A stretch of DNA of 64,000 bases from Spirochaetia bacterium (GCA_963677595.1 OY782041.1:2464001-2528000); one strand, 5' to 3'. Shown: positions 51,540 to 62,005, counted from the stretch's first letter. The notes: generated by a model from the sequence alone, not told the origin. Made by a program: numbers and translations.

Positions 51540-52127
51540 ATGCGAGAAGGAACAGCAGCGCTGCTGGTCATCGGCGTGATCGGGTTCTCGGTGACCTGCG
51601 GGGTCCTCGGGGGCTGCAGGCTCGGGAAGATCATTGTCGGGTTCACCGGGAGCGAGGAGCAGTTCATGACAGACCGGGTGGTCTGCCTGGTGAACGGGAT
51701 CTTCGAGTTGTCGCGTGAGATGATCCAGGGGGTGTATGGGACCGGGGAGCTTCAGTACCAGCTCCCGGAGGGGGCGAGCACGGCATGGGATGAGAGGACC
51801 GGCAGCTGTACCTGCACCTTCTCTCAGGTCCCCTTCGATGAGGGGAGGCAGGAGGTCAGCGGTTCCTACCTCCTCCAGGAGAAGCGCGATACCCTGGTGC
51901 ATGTGCTTCGGGCCGTCGTCTCCGGGAAGGACCTCGAACCGCTGGAGATCGAGCTGAACATGAGCGTGACCCGGCATCCGGGCCGGGCACCGGTATACAA
52001 GGTCACCCGGTGCAGGATCGATGGGGACCGCTTCCCGGGGAAGGTCCTCGAGGAGTGCCGGGCTGCCTATCACCCCTTCGAAGACCCGTTGATCCCGACA
52101 GCTGTCGGGAAGGAGGCAGATTCATGA
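51540..52127 (+). CDS. Hypothetical exported protein or lipoprotein
   Basis: SD AAGGAG and hydrophobic N-terminus with LGGC. No recognised domain. Confidence 0.5.
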   Translation: MREGTAALLVIGVIGFSVTCGVLGGCRLGKIIVGFTGSEEQFMTDRVVCLVNGIFELSREMIQGVYGTGELQYQLPEGASTAWDERTGSCTCTFSQVPFDEGRQEVSGSYLLQEKRDTLVHVLRAVVSGKDLEPLEIELNMSVTRHPGRAPVYKVTRCRIDGDRFPGKVLEECRAAYHPFEDPLIPTAVGKEADS

Positions 52128-52603
52128 GAGCCATAGCAGCGACACTGGTTGTGCTCCTCCTGTCCATCAGCTGTGTATCGACGGGAAGCGGCTGGGAACC
52201 TGGGCAGGGACCTCAGGTCTCCGAGGATGAGATACGGACCTGGGTCAGTGATGTCCTCAGCCTGCATGAAGCGGTACAGGAGGGCGGGAGTCCCGGCCTG
52301 AGCATGGATACGGCTGTCGGACCCGACGGGGAGCTCATCTGCACGGCAACTGCCTCAGGCTACCGCTCCCCCGACTCGGGGAACCTGCTTGACGGTACCC
52401 TGGTGACCGTCATGGCGGTGGATGACGCTACCAGCCTCCTTTCCCGGGTGGAGAGCTCGGTCAGCATGCTCATCAACGATGAGAGCAGCCTGGACCTGGA
52501 TTACGCGTATGACCTGGCAGCAGGCTGCTGCACCGTGACAGTCTGCTATGTGAACGGACAGCCCTATGACCCCGCTGTGGTCGAGGGACTGATTCTGCCC
52601 TGA
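52124..52603 (+). CDS. Hypothetical lipoprotein
   Basis: SD AGGAGG, ATGA overlap with the previous ORF, and lipobox LLLSISC. Confidence 0.55.
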   Translation: MRAIAATLVVLLLSISCVSTGSGWEPGQGPQVSEDEIRTWVSDVLSLHEAVQEGGSPGLSMDTAVGPDGELICTATASGYRSPDSGNLLDGTLVTVMAVDDATSLLSRVESSVSMLINDESSLDLDYAYDLAAGCCTVTVCYVNGQPYDPAVVEGLILP

Positions 52604-52642
52604 ACCCTGTACATCCGGCTGCTCTTTGTATAGAGTCAGGGT

Positions 52643-53062
52643 ATGGAGAGAGCCGGATCGTTCAGGAGATGCATCGCCTACCTCATTGACACCCTCGTGA
52701 CCATCCTGGTCCTCATCCCGTTCTGGGTCTGGTACATCACCGGGCTCCTCGGCCCCGAGAGCGGGATCTACCTGCTGGGCTACAGCCTCCTCATCCCCCT
52801 ATGCTGGGGTGCAGTGCAGCTGACCTGGTTCTCGCTCTGGTGGTCGGTCGCAGGAGGGACTCCGGGGATGCTGCTCCTCAGGCTCCGCCTGGTCGATGCT
52901 GCTGACGGCTCCCGAGCATCCCTGGCCCGGTCAATCCTGCGGTACCTGGCCCTTTCCCTCACCGCGCTCACCCTAGGCCTCGGGTTCCTCCCCTGTCTGT
53001 TCAGGGAAGACCACAAGGCACTGCATGACCTCGTCACTCATACATATATAATAAAGAACTAA
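52643..53062 (+). CDS. RDD family membrane protein
   Basis: RRCIAYLID, TPG..LL.LR and LHDLV..T. Confidence 0.85.
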   Translation: MERAGSFRRCIAYLIDTLVTILVLIPFWVWYITGLLGPESGIYLLGYSLLIPLCWGAVQLTWFSLWWSVAGGTPGMLLLRLRLVDAADGSRASLARSILRYLALSLTALTLGLGFLPCLFREDHKALHDLVTHTYIIKN

Positions 53063-53174
53063 GTAAAATATTTTATTTGCACTTTATCCTTATCTGTAAT
53101 ACTATATTACACAGAGTGAATAACCATGAATATGGTTGTTCACCGAAAAACCACATGTATAAGGAGCAATGTGT

Positions 53175-54056
53175 ATGAGAAACGTGAGACGAAACATGAT
53201 CCTGCCCTTGGCGGCTTTAGTGATCCTGCTGCTGGTCCTCAGCTGCCGGGAACCCGGGCTGCAGGATGAGTTGGACAGCCTTGCCGTGCAGGCCTCTGCG
53301 CTGCCGACAGCGGATCGAGGCTATGCGGAGTGTTTCCCGGCTGGGAACCTCTCCGCTGAACCGGTCAGGATCGAGCTTGCCCTCGACGGGGAGTCCGGTC
53401 TTTGGGGCGGGAGTGCAGGAGTGGCGGGGGGAGTCTACCGGGTCGTGACGACCATGGAGACTGCTGACGGGGAGACCGCGGCATACAGTGTCGACGAGGT
53501 CTCCGTGGACGGCACAGCCTCGCTGGCAGTCGAACTCGATGCCGGCTATACGGTAGGGGAGGAGACTGCCTCCGGCGGGTTCATCTTCCATGAGCAGGAT
53601 GCCCGCTCCACAGCGATGACCGGCTGGCGGTATCTCTGCTGTGCCCCGGGGGACTGGCATGAGTCAGGGACGGACCCTGTCTGCGGGTGGAGCTATTCCG
53701 GGAGGGACACCGGTCTCACCCGTCCCGTGGTAGGGGCAGGCCTCGTGAACTGCACGGCACTGGACACGATCGAGGAGATCCCCGCTTCCGCGGTCGGGAT
53801 CTGCATGGATCACAGCTGCGCAGACTGTACCGACTGGTTCCTCCCGTCGGCAGAGGAACTGCAGCTGCTGTATGAACGCATCTACCTCGACGGGGAGACG
53901 GATGCCGGCTTCGTCGAAGACGGGTTCTACTGGTCCTCCACCGAGGCTGATGAGATGAAAGCCTACTGCTGGGAATTCAGCGAGACGGGGAAGCTGATCG
54001 CCGGTCCGAAACTGCTGGACAACGTGATACGCGTCCGGCCGGTCCGTACCCTCTAA
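53175..54056 (+). CDS. Lipoprotein with C-terminal DUF1566/Lcl-like domain
   Basis: Lipobox LVLSC, SGGFIF, DWFLPS.EEL, YWSSTE and VRPVR. Confidence 0.7.
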   Translation: MRNVRRNMILPLAALVILLLVLSCREPGLQDELDSLAVQASALPTADRGYAECFPAGNLSAEPVRIELALDGESGLWGGSAGVAGGVYRVVTTMETADGETAAYSVDEVSVDGTASLAVELDAGYTVGEETASGGFIFHEQDARSTAMTGWRYLCCAPGDWHESGTDPVCGWSYSGRDTGLTRPVVGAGLVNCTALDTIEEIPASAVGICMDHSCADCTDWFLPSAEELQLLYERIYLDGETDAGFVEDGFYWSSTEADEMKAYCWEFSETGKLIAGPKLLDNVIRVRPVRTL

Positions 54057-55213
54057 TCCGAGAGCTGCTTGAGGACCTCGCCCCAGCTGCAGGCGAGGTC
54101 CGCTGCCGGGTCCCCGACATGCGGCATGGCATAGAGCTGGTGGAGGATGCTCATCCCCGCTCCCAGGGCGATGCTGCAGATATGGTTGGGATCCTGCCGC
54201 ACCCGTGCGGCATGGTCTGCCTCATCATACCAGCTGTGCTTAAGGGAGCTTCCAAGCAGCTCTTCGACCAGGCTGAACCGCTCTGAGAGCAGGCCGCTCA
54301 GGATGATCATGTCAGGGTCGAGCATACGTGCCGATGGGATGAGCCGGGTCAGGGTCGTCTCGATGAACACCGCTAACATCGCATCATCTTCAGTGACCTT
54401 GAGCAGGTCCTCCCGGGTGAACGGGACAGACTCCACCTGTGATTCGAACCAGGAGTTGATGGAGAACTCCCCAGTGATATACCGGGAGCCGTGCCAGATC
54501 TCCCCGTTCACGATGACCGCCCCGCCGAGTTCTACCGAGTTCACCCGTCCTGCGCTGTCGGTCATGATCCTGGGGAGGATGAACAGCCCGTTACGGAAGG
54601 ACTCTCCTTCCGGGGCAAGGAAGATGGCATTGGCGGCACCGCAGTTGGCATCGTTCTCCAGGAAGACCGGTACGGGCAGTCGGTGGAAGAGCGGCCTGAG
54701 ATCAGCATCATGCAGGTCGAAGAGACGGGAATGGATGATCGTGGACTGCCGTGAGTCGACGGTCCCCGAGATGCCGATACCGGCAGCGATGATCGTGGCG
54801 TAATGCCGGATCCCGAGGAGGCTGTATGCCTTCCTGACGATATCGGCGATGAACTGCCCCGAGCGGTCAGGCTTGTATGGGATCCGTTCGGTGTCGATGA
54901 CCAATCCTGCGAGGTTGATCAGCAGGACCTCAGCGTTCTCAGGTTCTAAGTTGATCCCGATGATGCAGGCTGCACCGGCGCATAGCTCGAGCATGACCGG
55001 CTTCCTGCCCCCGGCAGGGGTGGAGAAGCCTGACTCGACTTCCCTGATGAGGCCGGCACCAAGCAGTTCGGTGATGATGTTCGTGACCGTCGACCGCTTG
55101 AGTGACGTGATCCTGGAGAGTTCAGCCCGGCTGACCTTCCCCCGCTTCCTGATCTCATCCATCAGGAGGGAGCGGTGGGCCTCCTTCTGGTACTGCTGGC
55201 TCACGGTGATCAT
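54053..55213 (-). CDS. ROK-family transcriptional regulator (NagC/XylR-like)
   Basis: HTH SRAELS..T.L..STV, GGRKP and ENDANC. Lacks the Cys-rich Zn motif. Confidence 0.85.
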   Translation of the reverse strand: MITVSQQYQKEAHRSLLMDEIRKRGKVSRAELSRITSLKRSTVTNIITELLGAGLIREVESGFSTPAGGRKPVMLELCAGAACIIGINLEPENAEVLLINLAGLVIDTERIPYKPDRSGQFIADIVRKAYSLLGIRHYATIIAAGIGISGTVDSRQSTIIHSRLFDLHDADLRPLFHRLPVPVFLENDANCGAANAIFLAPEGESFRNGLFILPRIMTDSAGRVNSVELGGAVIVNGEIWHGSRYITGEFSINSWFESQVESVPFTREDLLKVTEDDAMLAVFIETTLTRLIPSARMLDPDMIILSGLLSERFSLVEELLGSSLKHSWYDEADHAARVRQDPNHICSIALGAGMSILHQLYAMPHVGDPAADLACSWGEVLKQLSD

Positions 55214-56430
55214 GCGCGGGACTCACGGTCAAAGACGAACTTCCCGCCGATCATGGTCCTGCTGACCTCGATCTCCCTGCTGCAGATGACCAGATCCGCA
55301 CTCCTCCCCGGCAGGAGGGACCCGATGAGGTCATCGGCCTCATAGATCCTCGCCGGATTGAGACAGGCCATCGGGATCACCTCGCTCCTGCTCATGCCGT
55401 AGCTGAGCATCTGCCTGATTCCCCTGTCCATCGTCAGGGCTGATCCCGCGATCGTCCCGTCCTCGACCCGGCAGAAGACGCCGTTCTCGAGCTGCACATT
55501 GTCCCCCTTCACGTCATAGACCCCGTGGGGGTCGAGCCCGGTGGGCTTGAGGGAGTCCGTGACCAGGACGATCTTCCCTGCAGGCTTCTCCTTGACGAGG
55601 AACTCCACCAGGGAGGGGTGGACATGGATACCGTCAGAGATCAGCTCGCAGGAGATCTCCGGGTGGATCAGGATCGCCCCGACGACCCCCGGGTCCCGGT
55701 GGTGCATCGACCGCATGGCATTGAAGAAGTGGGTCGCGTGGAGGATCCCGGCCTCGATCCCCTCGACCATCTGTTCATAGGAGGCGTTCGAATGGCCGGC
55801 GAGGAGCACGATCCCGTATTTCTGCGCCTCTGAGGCGAACTCACGCATCCCCTTGAGTTCCGGGGCTACCGTCATGGCCCGTATGGAACCACCGGAAGCC
55901 TGCCAGTACTCCTTGAGCAGGGCTGTGTCGACATCCCTGATGAAGGAGGGGTCATGGATCCCCTTCTTCTTCTCCGAGATGAACGGCCCCTCCATATGGA
56001 TGCCCGCGATCCGTGCGCCCTGTACACCCTCTTCCTCCTGGATTGCTATCGCTTCCCGGATAGCTTCCAGTGCACGCAGGCTGTGTTCCTTCCCCAGGGT
56101 CGCGAGGGTGGGGATGAACGAGGTGACCCCGTAGGCCGGGAGGTGGGCGGCCATCTCGAGGATGGCCGCAGGATCCGCGTCCTCGGTCCCGAACCCATGG
56201 ATCCCGTGGATATGGGTATCGAAGAAGCCGGGTGCGATCATGGCTCCGCCGCAGTCGATCATGCGGTAGTCAGAATCCTTCGTGTATCGATCGAGCCGTG
56301 CGGTCGAATAGACGTTCTCGATGAAGCCGTCCCGTATGAGGACGAACCCGTCCGTGATATGGGTGAACCCCGTATAGATGTCGGCATTATAGAGACAGAT
56401 CGCCGATTCTGATTGACCGTTCTCTGTCAT
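55210..56430 (-). CDS. nagA: N-acetylglucosamine-6-phosphate deacetylase
   Basis: DTHIHG, HMEGPFI, GHSNA, THFFNAM, DGIHVHP and IAGS.LTM. Confidence 0.93.
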   Translation of the reverse strand: MTENGQSESAICLYNADIYTGFTHITDGFVLIRDGFIENVYSTARLDRYTKDSDYRMIDCGGAMIAPGFFDTHIHGIHGFGTEDADPAAILEMAAHLPAYGVTSFIPTLATLGKEHSLRALEAIREAIAIQEEEGVQGARIAGIHMEGPFISEKKKGIHDPSFIRDVDTALLKEYWQASGGSIRAMTVAPELKGMREFASEAQKYGIVLLAGHSNASYEQMVEGIEAGILHATHFFNAMRSMHHRDPGVVGAILIHPEISCELISDGIHVHPSLVEFLVKEKPAGKIVLVTDSLKPTGLDPHGVYDVKGDNVQLENGVFCRVEDGTIAGSALTMDRGIRQMLSYGMSRSEVIPMACLNPARIYEADDLIGSLLPGRSADLVICSREIEVSRTMIGGKFVFDRESRA

Positions 56431-56445
56431 GATGGTATACTCCTT

Positions 56446-56474
56446 TTAGTTTGTTCAAGCTGTTAACATACTAA
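56446..56474. promoter_or_regulatory. Candidate ROK operator (inverted repeat)
   Basis: TTAGTTTGTT-N9-AACATACTAA in the nagA/DUF4954 divergent region. Half-sites resemble XylR-type ROK operators. Confidence 0.55.
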
Positions 56475-56609
56475 GCATACTGGTAAACGGCCGGACAGGC
56501 AAGTGTATTCATGATTAATTAGCTAAGGTGATCTTTATGTGCTTGTTCATTGCATACATGTTCTCTCTATTGTACTCTAGAGTGAACAGGGTAACTCCAG
56601 GGGGATGGT

Positions 56610-58601
56610 ATGTATAGAGCTTTGACAGTAGAGGAGATCGAACAGCTGGAGCACAACCGATGCTCCGCTGAGACTTGGGATACCGTCCTGGTGTCCGACG
56701 GGTTCGACCCCGGGCGGGTACGCCATACGGAGTTCTCCGGGGAGATACGCCTCGGGACCTTCCGGGAGACGGTGACCATGGCAGGGGGCATCAGTTTCCC
56801 GACCGGCATCGCGGATGCGGTCCTCCACAACGTGACCGTGGGCGACGAGGCCATGATCCGGAAGGTCGACCAGTACATCGCGAACTATGACATAGCCGAC
56901 CATGCGGTCCTCTATGAGATCACCTCCCTGATCGTCGACGGTGAATCCACCTTCGGCAACGGGGTCGAGGTCCCGGTGATCAATGAGGGAGGGGGCAGGG
57001 AGGTCATCATCTATGATGGGTTATCGGGGCATATCGCATATTTACAGTCCCTCTACCGGTACCGGACCAGCCTGATCGATTCCCTCCGGGAGGTGATCGG
57101 CAGGTATGTGGAGACGAAGCGTTCCTCACGGGGGCGGATCGGTTCCCATGCAGAACTGCACGGCTGCGGTCCCATCCAGGATGTGACTGTCGGTCCCTGG
57201 GCAGTGATCCGCGGGGTGGCAAAGCTCACGAACGGGACAGTCAACAGCTGTGAGGAGGACCGGACCGTGATCGGCCATGAGGTGACTGCCGAGGATTTCA
57301 TCTTCGCCGAGGGGGCGAAGGTCACCGAGGGGGCGATCGTCGAGTCCTGTTATGTCGGGCAGTCGGCTGAGCTTTCACGGCAGTTCTCCGCGGAGAACTC
57401 CGTCTTCTTCGCGAACTGCGCCTGCTTCCACGGGGAGGCCTGCTCGATCTTCGCCGGGCCCAACACCGTCAGCCACCACAAGTCGACCCTGCTCATCGCG
57501 GCGCAGGTCTCCTTCCTCAATGCAGGGAGCGGGTCAAACCAGAGCAACCATATGTACAAGCTCGGTCCGAACCACCAGGGGATCCTCGAGCGGGGTTCTA
57601 AGACCGCCTCTGACTCCTACATGCTCTTCCCGATGCATGTGGGGGCCTTCTCGGTCATCATGGGGAGGCACTACAACAACTCGGATACCTCCGACCTGCC
57701 GTTCTCCTACCTGATCGAGCATGACGGGGAGAGCCTCCTGATCCCGGGGGTGAACCTGCGTTCCGTGGGGACGGTCCGGGATTCCAGGAAGTGGCCCAAC
57801 CGTGACAAGCGAAAGACCGGGAACCGGCATGACCTGATCATCTACAACCTGCTGACCCCCTATACCGTGCAGCGGGTACTCAGCGGCTATGAGACCCTGA
57901 AGGCTATCCAGTCACGGTCTGGCCACTCCTCGGTCGTCTACTTCCATAACGGCGTCCAGATCTCGAAATCGGCCCTCGAGAAGGGGCTTCATTTCTATGA
58001 ACTGGCATTCCGGAGGTACCTGGGGAATACCGTCGTGAACCAGCTGAGGGGCTGTACCGAGCTGAGCCGTGAGGCGGTATTCTCGGTCCTGCAGCCGACC
58101 GGTACGACAGGTGAGGGCACCTGGCTCGACATAGCGGGGCTGGTCGCCCCGAAAGAGGCGATAGACACCATGATCGAGGAGATCGAGGGTGGGACCCTCG
58201 ATTCGATCAACAGTATCGATGAGCGGTTCAGGCAGGTCTATGACTCCTTCGGGGAGTATGAGCTTAGCTGGGTCATGAGGAAGGTCTGTGACCAGCTCTC
58301 GAAGAGCTTTGACGAGCTCACCCTGGAAGATATCAGGGAGGTCGTCAGCCAGTGGATAGCTAACGTCACCGAACTCGACAGGCTGAGGATACAGGATGCC
58401 AAGAAAGAGTTCGCCCCGACGGCGAAGGTGGGGTACGCCCTAAACGGGGACCCTGCCGAACGGGATGCCGAGTACCGTGTCATCCACGGGGACCCGGATG
58501 GGAACAGCTTCATCCGGGACCTTCAGAAGCGGTTGGCAGTGAAGCAGGAGACAGCGAAAGGGCTGCTGGCAGCCCTGGACAGACTGATACAACAGGAATG
58601 A
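56610..58601 (+). CDS. DUF4954-family protein (beta-helix-like repeats)
   Basis: YR.LT.EEI..L, V.VINEGGGREV, GEACSIFAGP.TVSHHKSTLLIA and NAGSGSNQSNHMYKLGP motifs. Confidence 0.78.
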   Translation: MYRALTVEEIEQLEHNRCSAETWDTVLVSDGFDPGRVRHTEFSGEIRLGTFRETVTMAGGISFPTGIADAVLHNVTVGDEAMIRKVDQYIANYDIADHAVLYEITSLIVDGESTFGNGVEVPVINEGGGREVIIYDGLSGHIAYLQSLYRYRTSLIDSLREVIGRYVETKRSSRGRIGSHAELHGCGPIQDVTVGPWAVIRGVAKLTNGTVNSCEEDRTVIGHEVTAEDFIFAEGAKVTEGAIVESCYVGQSAELSRQFSAENSVFFANCACFHGEACSIFAGPNTVSHHKSTLLIAAQVSFLNAGSGSNQSNHMYKLGPNHQGILERGSKTASDSYMLFPMHVGAFSVIMGRHYNNSDTSDLPFSYLIEHDGESLLIPGVNLRSVGTVRDSRKWPNRDKRKTGNRHDLIIYNLLTPYTVQRVLSGYETLKAIQSRSGHSSVVYFHNGVQISKSALEKGLHFYELAFRRYLGNTVVNQLRGCTELSREAVFSVLQPTGTTGEGTWLDIAGLVAPKEAIDTMIEEIEGGTLDSINSIDERFRQVYDSFGEYELSWVMRKVCDQLSKSFDELTLEDIREVVSQWIANVTELDRLRIQDAKKEFAPTAKVGYALNGDPAERDAEYRVIHGDPDGNSFIRDLQKRLAVKQETAKGLLAALDRLIQQE

Positions 58602-58614
58602 TGAGGAGTAAGAG

Positions 58615-59406
58615 ATGAGACTGATCATACAGAAGGATTACCGGGGATTATCTGAGTGGGCTGCAGCCTATATCGTCGACGCGATCAAGAACAGCAGGCC
58701 TTCCGCCGAGCGGCCGTTCGTGCTGGGGCTTCCCACCGGGTCTACCCCGCTGGGGACCTACAGGAGGCTGATACAGCTCTATAACCAGGGAGCTGTATCC
58801 TTCGAGCACGTCGTGACCTTCAACATGGATGAGTATATCGGGATACCCGAGGACCATCCTGAGAGCTACCATACCTTCATGTGGGAGAACTTCTTCTCCA
58901 TGATCGACATCAAGCGGGAGCACGTGAACATCCTCGACGGGAATGCCGCCGACCTCCAGGCAGAGTGCGCCTCCTACGAGGAGCGGATCCGCTCCTACGG
59001 CGGGATCGACCTCTTCCTCGGCGGGATCGGGGCAGACGGCCATATCGCCTTCAATGAGCCCGGCTCATCCCTGAGGTCGAGGACCCGTATCAAGAGCCTC
59101 ACCTACGACACGATCGTCGCGAACTCGAGGTTCTTCGATGGTGACCTCGATAAGGTCCCGAAGCAGGCATTGACGGTCGGGGTGCAGACGGTCATGGATG
59201 CCCGCGAGCTGGTCATCCTGGCAAGCGGATTGAACAAGGCGACTGCCCTGCAGAAGACGATCGAGGAGGGAGTCAACCATATGTGGACCTGCAGCGTCAT
59301 CCAGATGCATGAGAAGTCGCTCATCGTCTGTGACGAGAAGGCGACCCAGGAGCTGAAGGTGAAGACCGTCTCCTACTTCAAGGATATAGAAGCGCAGAAT
59401 ATATAG
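58615..59406 (+). CDS. nagB: Glucosamine-6-phosphate deaminase
   Basis: [15 protein letters not shown] and [15 protein letters not shown]. Confidence 0.96.
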   Translation: MRLIIQKDYRGLSEWAAAYIVDAIKNSRPSAERPFVLGLPTGSTPLGTYRRLIQLYNQGAVSFEHVVTFNMDEYIGIPEDHPESYHTFMWENFFSMIDIKREHVNILDGNAADLQAECASYEERIRSYGGIDLFLGGIGADGHIAFNEPGSSLRSRTRIKSLTYDTIVANSRFFDGDLDKVPKQALTVGVQTVMDARELVILASGLNKATALQKTIEEGVNHMWTCSVIQMHEKSLIVCDEKATQELKVKTVSYFKDIEAQNI

Positions 59407-59466
59407 GGATTAGATAGGGTTCCCATCTGGTACAAGCGTCCCGTTACCGCTATGATACACAGTATC

Positions 59467-60642
59467 ATGAATGCGAGCCAGAAAGAACACTACCGTTATT
59501 TCCTCCTTACCGTCCTCCTCTTCGGGGTCGCCACGGCGCTCTTCAGGGGAGTGTTCGACAACTACCTGGCAGAGATCCTGGAGGTCTCGAAGGCTGACCG
59601 GGGCGTGGTGGAGTTCTTCCGCGAGATGCCGGGGCTCTTCCTCGTGGTGATCCTCGCGCTCTTCTACCGGTTACCTGAGAACAGGATCCTGCAGGCAGGC
59701 TATGCCATCGCCCTGGTAGGGATCACCGGCTTCATGCTGGCGGGCCCCAAGATGGTCCCCGCTATCGCCCTGCTGATGGTCTGGAGTGCCGGCATCCATA
59801 TCGTGATGCCGGTGAGGCAGTCCTATGCAGTCCACTCTGTCGAGCCGGGACAGGAGGGCAAGGCCCTCGGGAACATGCGGGGGGTACTGAATATCGGCTG
59901 GGTAGCCGGGTACTTCCTGGTGCCGGTGATCTTCCTCTTCGTCTCGGGTGAGGCAGGATTTCGCACCACCTTCATCGCCGTCATCATCCTGATCATCATA
60001 TCGATCGGTATCTCCTTCAAGCTGAAGAGCGATACCGGGAGGATCAAGAGGCAGCGTCTCTACTTCGCGAAGAAGTACAGCAAGTATTATGTGCTCCAGA
60101 GTTTCTACGGTGCGAGGAAGCAGGTCTTCCTCACCTTCGGGCCCTATGTCCTGATCCTCATGTACGGGGCGGATGCCTCGGTCATAGCCACGCTCTTCGC
60201 CGTCAGTTCAGCCCTGAACATCTTCGTCTCCCCGCTGATCGGGAAGATCATAGACAAGGCCGGGTACAAGGCGGTCATGGTGGGGGATACGGTCATCCTC
60301 TTCTTCGTCTGCCTCGTCTACGGCTTCGCCCACCATATATTCTCACAGCATGCCGCCTATATAGCGGTGATCACCGTGTTCATCCTGGACAACCTCCTCT
60401 CCAATGCGAGCATGGCGGGGAGCGTCTATGTGAAGGAGTTGAGCAGCGGGAGGGAGGAGATGACCGCCACCCTCACGACCGGCTTGTCGATCGACCACCT
60501 GATCAGCATCTTCATAGCGCTTGCTGGCGGGTTCATCTGGCAGAACCTCGGGATCGAGCTGCTCTTCATCCTGGCAGGGGTCATGGCGCTCGCGAACTCC
60601 GCGGTCGCCCTTACGGTGCGAGTCGTTGAGAGGGGGCAGTGA
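59467..60642 (+). CDS. MFS transporter
   Basis: About 12 TM segments, REMPG and GKIIDKAG motif-A-like loop. Confidence 0.8.
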   Translation: MNASQKEHYRYFLLTVLLFGVATALFRGVFDNYLAEILEVSKADRGVVEFFREMPGLFLVVILALFYRLPENRILQAGYAIALVGITGFMLAGPKMVPAIALLMVWSAGIHIVMPVRQSYAVHSVEPGQEGKALGNMRGVLNIGWVAGYFLVPVIFLFVSGEAGFRTTFIAVIILIIISIGISFKLKSDTGRIKRQRLYFAKKYSKYYVLQSFYGARKQVFLTFGPYVLILMYGADASVIATLFAVSSALNIFVSPLIGKIIDKAGYKAVMVGDTVILFFVCLVYGFAHHIFSQHAAYIAVITVFILDNLLSNASMAGSVYVKELSSGREEMTATLTTGLSIDHLISIFIALAGGFIWQNLGIELLFILAGVMALANSAVALTVRVVERGQ

Positions 60643-60895
60643 GCTCGATCCTCCTGTTCCTGATGTAGAACCCCAGGTCTACGGAGACCATGACGAGGTT
60701 GACCACATAGAGGAAGATCACGAAATCATAGGCGTAGAAGAGCTTGTGGAGGATCCCGCTGAGGTAGCCGGTGAGGATGATGATGAGGAACAGCAGGCTC
60801 TTCCCCTTGTTCGACCGTGCCTTGTATGACTTATAGATGGATGTCGGCCAGGCAAAGCCGAAGCAGACCAGCATGATGATCTCGAATACACTCAT
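60611..60895 (-). CDS. Small 3-TM PQ-loop/SemiSWEET-like membrane protein
   Basis: AWP.SI.KS.K.RS.KGKS pattern, three hydrophobic helices and SD AGGAGG. Confidence 0.65.
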   Translation of the reverse strand: MSVFEIIMLVCFGFAWPTSIYKSYKARSNKGKSLLFLIIILTGYLSGILHKLFYAYDFVIFLYVVNLVMVSVDLGFYIRNRRIELTAPSQRLAP

Positions 60896-61030
60896 ATGTC
60901 GTACGCCTCCTTGCTGCGTTCTTCCTAAGGGATACCAGTTTTCCTGGAGTGTATCAATGTTCCTGGTACGTATTGGACTGTTTTATGGTCCAAATCTGTT
61001 GTGCTGCGGAACATGGTGGTAGAATAGGGT

Positions 61031-62005
61031 ATGAGAGCTGAACGGATCGTCATGATTACCGGATTCTCCATCCTGATCGCGACTGTGTCGCAGCTCTATA
61101 TCTTCAGCGGTATAGAATCCTTTCGCCATCATTGGCTCTTTTCCCTGGTGAAGCTCCTCATGTTCGCCGCATTCGCCTATGAAGTAGTCCTCGATGCAGC
61201 AAGCGAATACCATACCGTACTCTCCCCACGATACTTCTGGAACCAGGAGGCACTCCTCGAAGGCGCGGCCGTGGTCCTCGGGGCTGTCGTCACCTTCTTC
61301 GTCAGCATAGAGATCGGGCATGGCGGGGTGATCGCATCGGCGATCGTGGGGCTGACAACAGCTGTCCTCTTCCCGCAGCTCGCTGCCGCTGCCTACTGCG
61401 GCTCCTTCGTGGGCATGGCTTCGACGGTGGTCTTCCCCACCTATGAGGAACTCCTGCTGGCAGGGGTCCTCTCTGCGGTGTTCTTCGTCATCACGAAACC
61501 CGCCTGCAAGGGCTTCGGGGGGAAGCTCGGGACCATAGCCTTCGCAGGCACGATCCTGTCGATCACGATCCTGGGTTCGGAGGTCACCGGCGGGATCGTA
61601 CCGGACCTGGAGCTGGGTATCTCCCTGGTGTTCCTCTCCATGGCAGGAGCCTATCTCACTTATCTGGTGAACGTGATCCTCGGCCATGGGCCGGTCATCG
61701 CATCAGCGCTCATAGGCCTGCTCGCAGGACTCGTGCTGCCGGCCATCTATGGTCCTGACACCGGCACGACACTTGCCCTCATGGTCTTCTGCGCTTCGTT
61801 CGCCGGCATGAGCAGCCGGGAGCGAATACGTTCCTGGTATTACATCCTCGCTGCAGGAGCGCTGTCAGCACTCATCTTCATCTTCTCGATGCCCTACATG
61901 GGCGGGGCAGGGGGTAAGATGGGTACGACAGCGTTCGGTGCAGTCATCTCCATCGTCGGCATTGAGAGATTGGCGATGAAGTTCACTTCCTCAACCGCTC
62001 GATGA
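61031..62005 (+). CDS. Polytopic membrane protein with internal two-fold repeat
   Basis: GHGxVIASAxxGL...C.SF.GM.S...GGK.GT.AF occurs twice. Confidence 0.7.
   Translation: MRAERIVMITGFSILIATVSQLYIFSGIESFRHHWLFSLVKLLMFAAFAYEVVLDAASEYHTVLSPRYFWNQEALLEGAAVVLGAVVTFFVSIEIGHGGVIASAIVGLTTAVLFPQLAAAAYCGSFVGMASTVVFPTYEELLLAGVLSAVFFVITKPACKGFGGKLGTIAFAGTILSITILGSEVTGGIVPDLELGISLVFLSMAGAYLTYLVNVILGHGPVIASALIGLLAGLVLPAIYGPDTGTTLALMVFCASFAGMSSRERIRSWYYILAAGALSALIFIFSMPYMGGAGGKMGTTAFGAVISIVGIERLAMKFTSSTAR

Noticed and set aside
53900-54056. DUF1566 C-terminus as a diversity-generating retroelement target
   Set aside because: No template repeat or reverse transcriptase is visible in the window.
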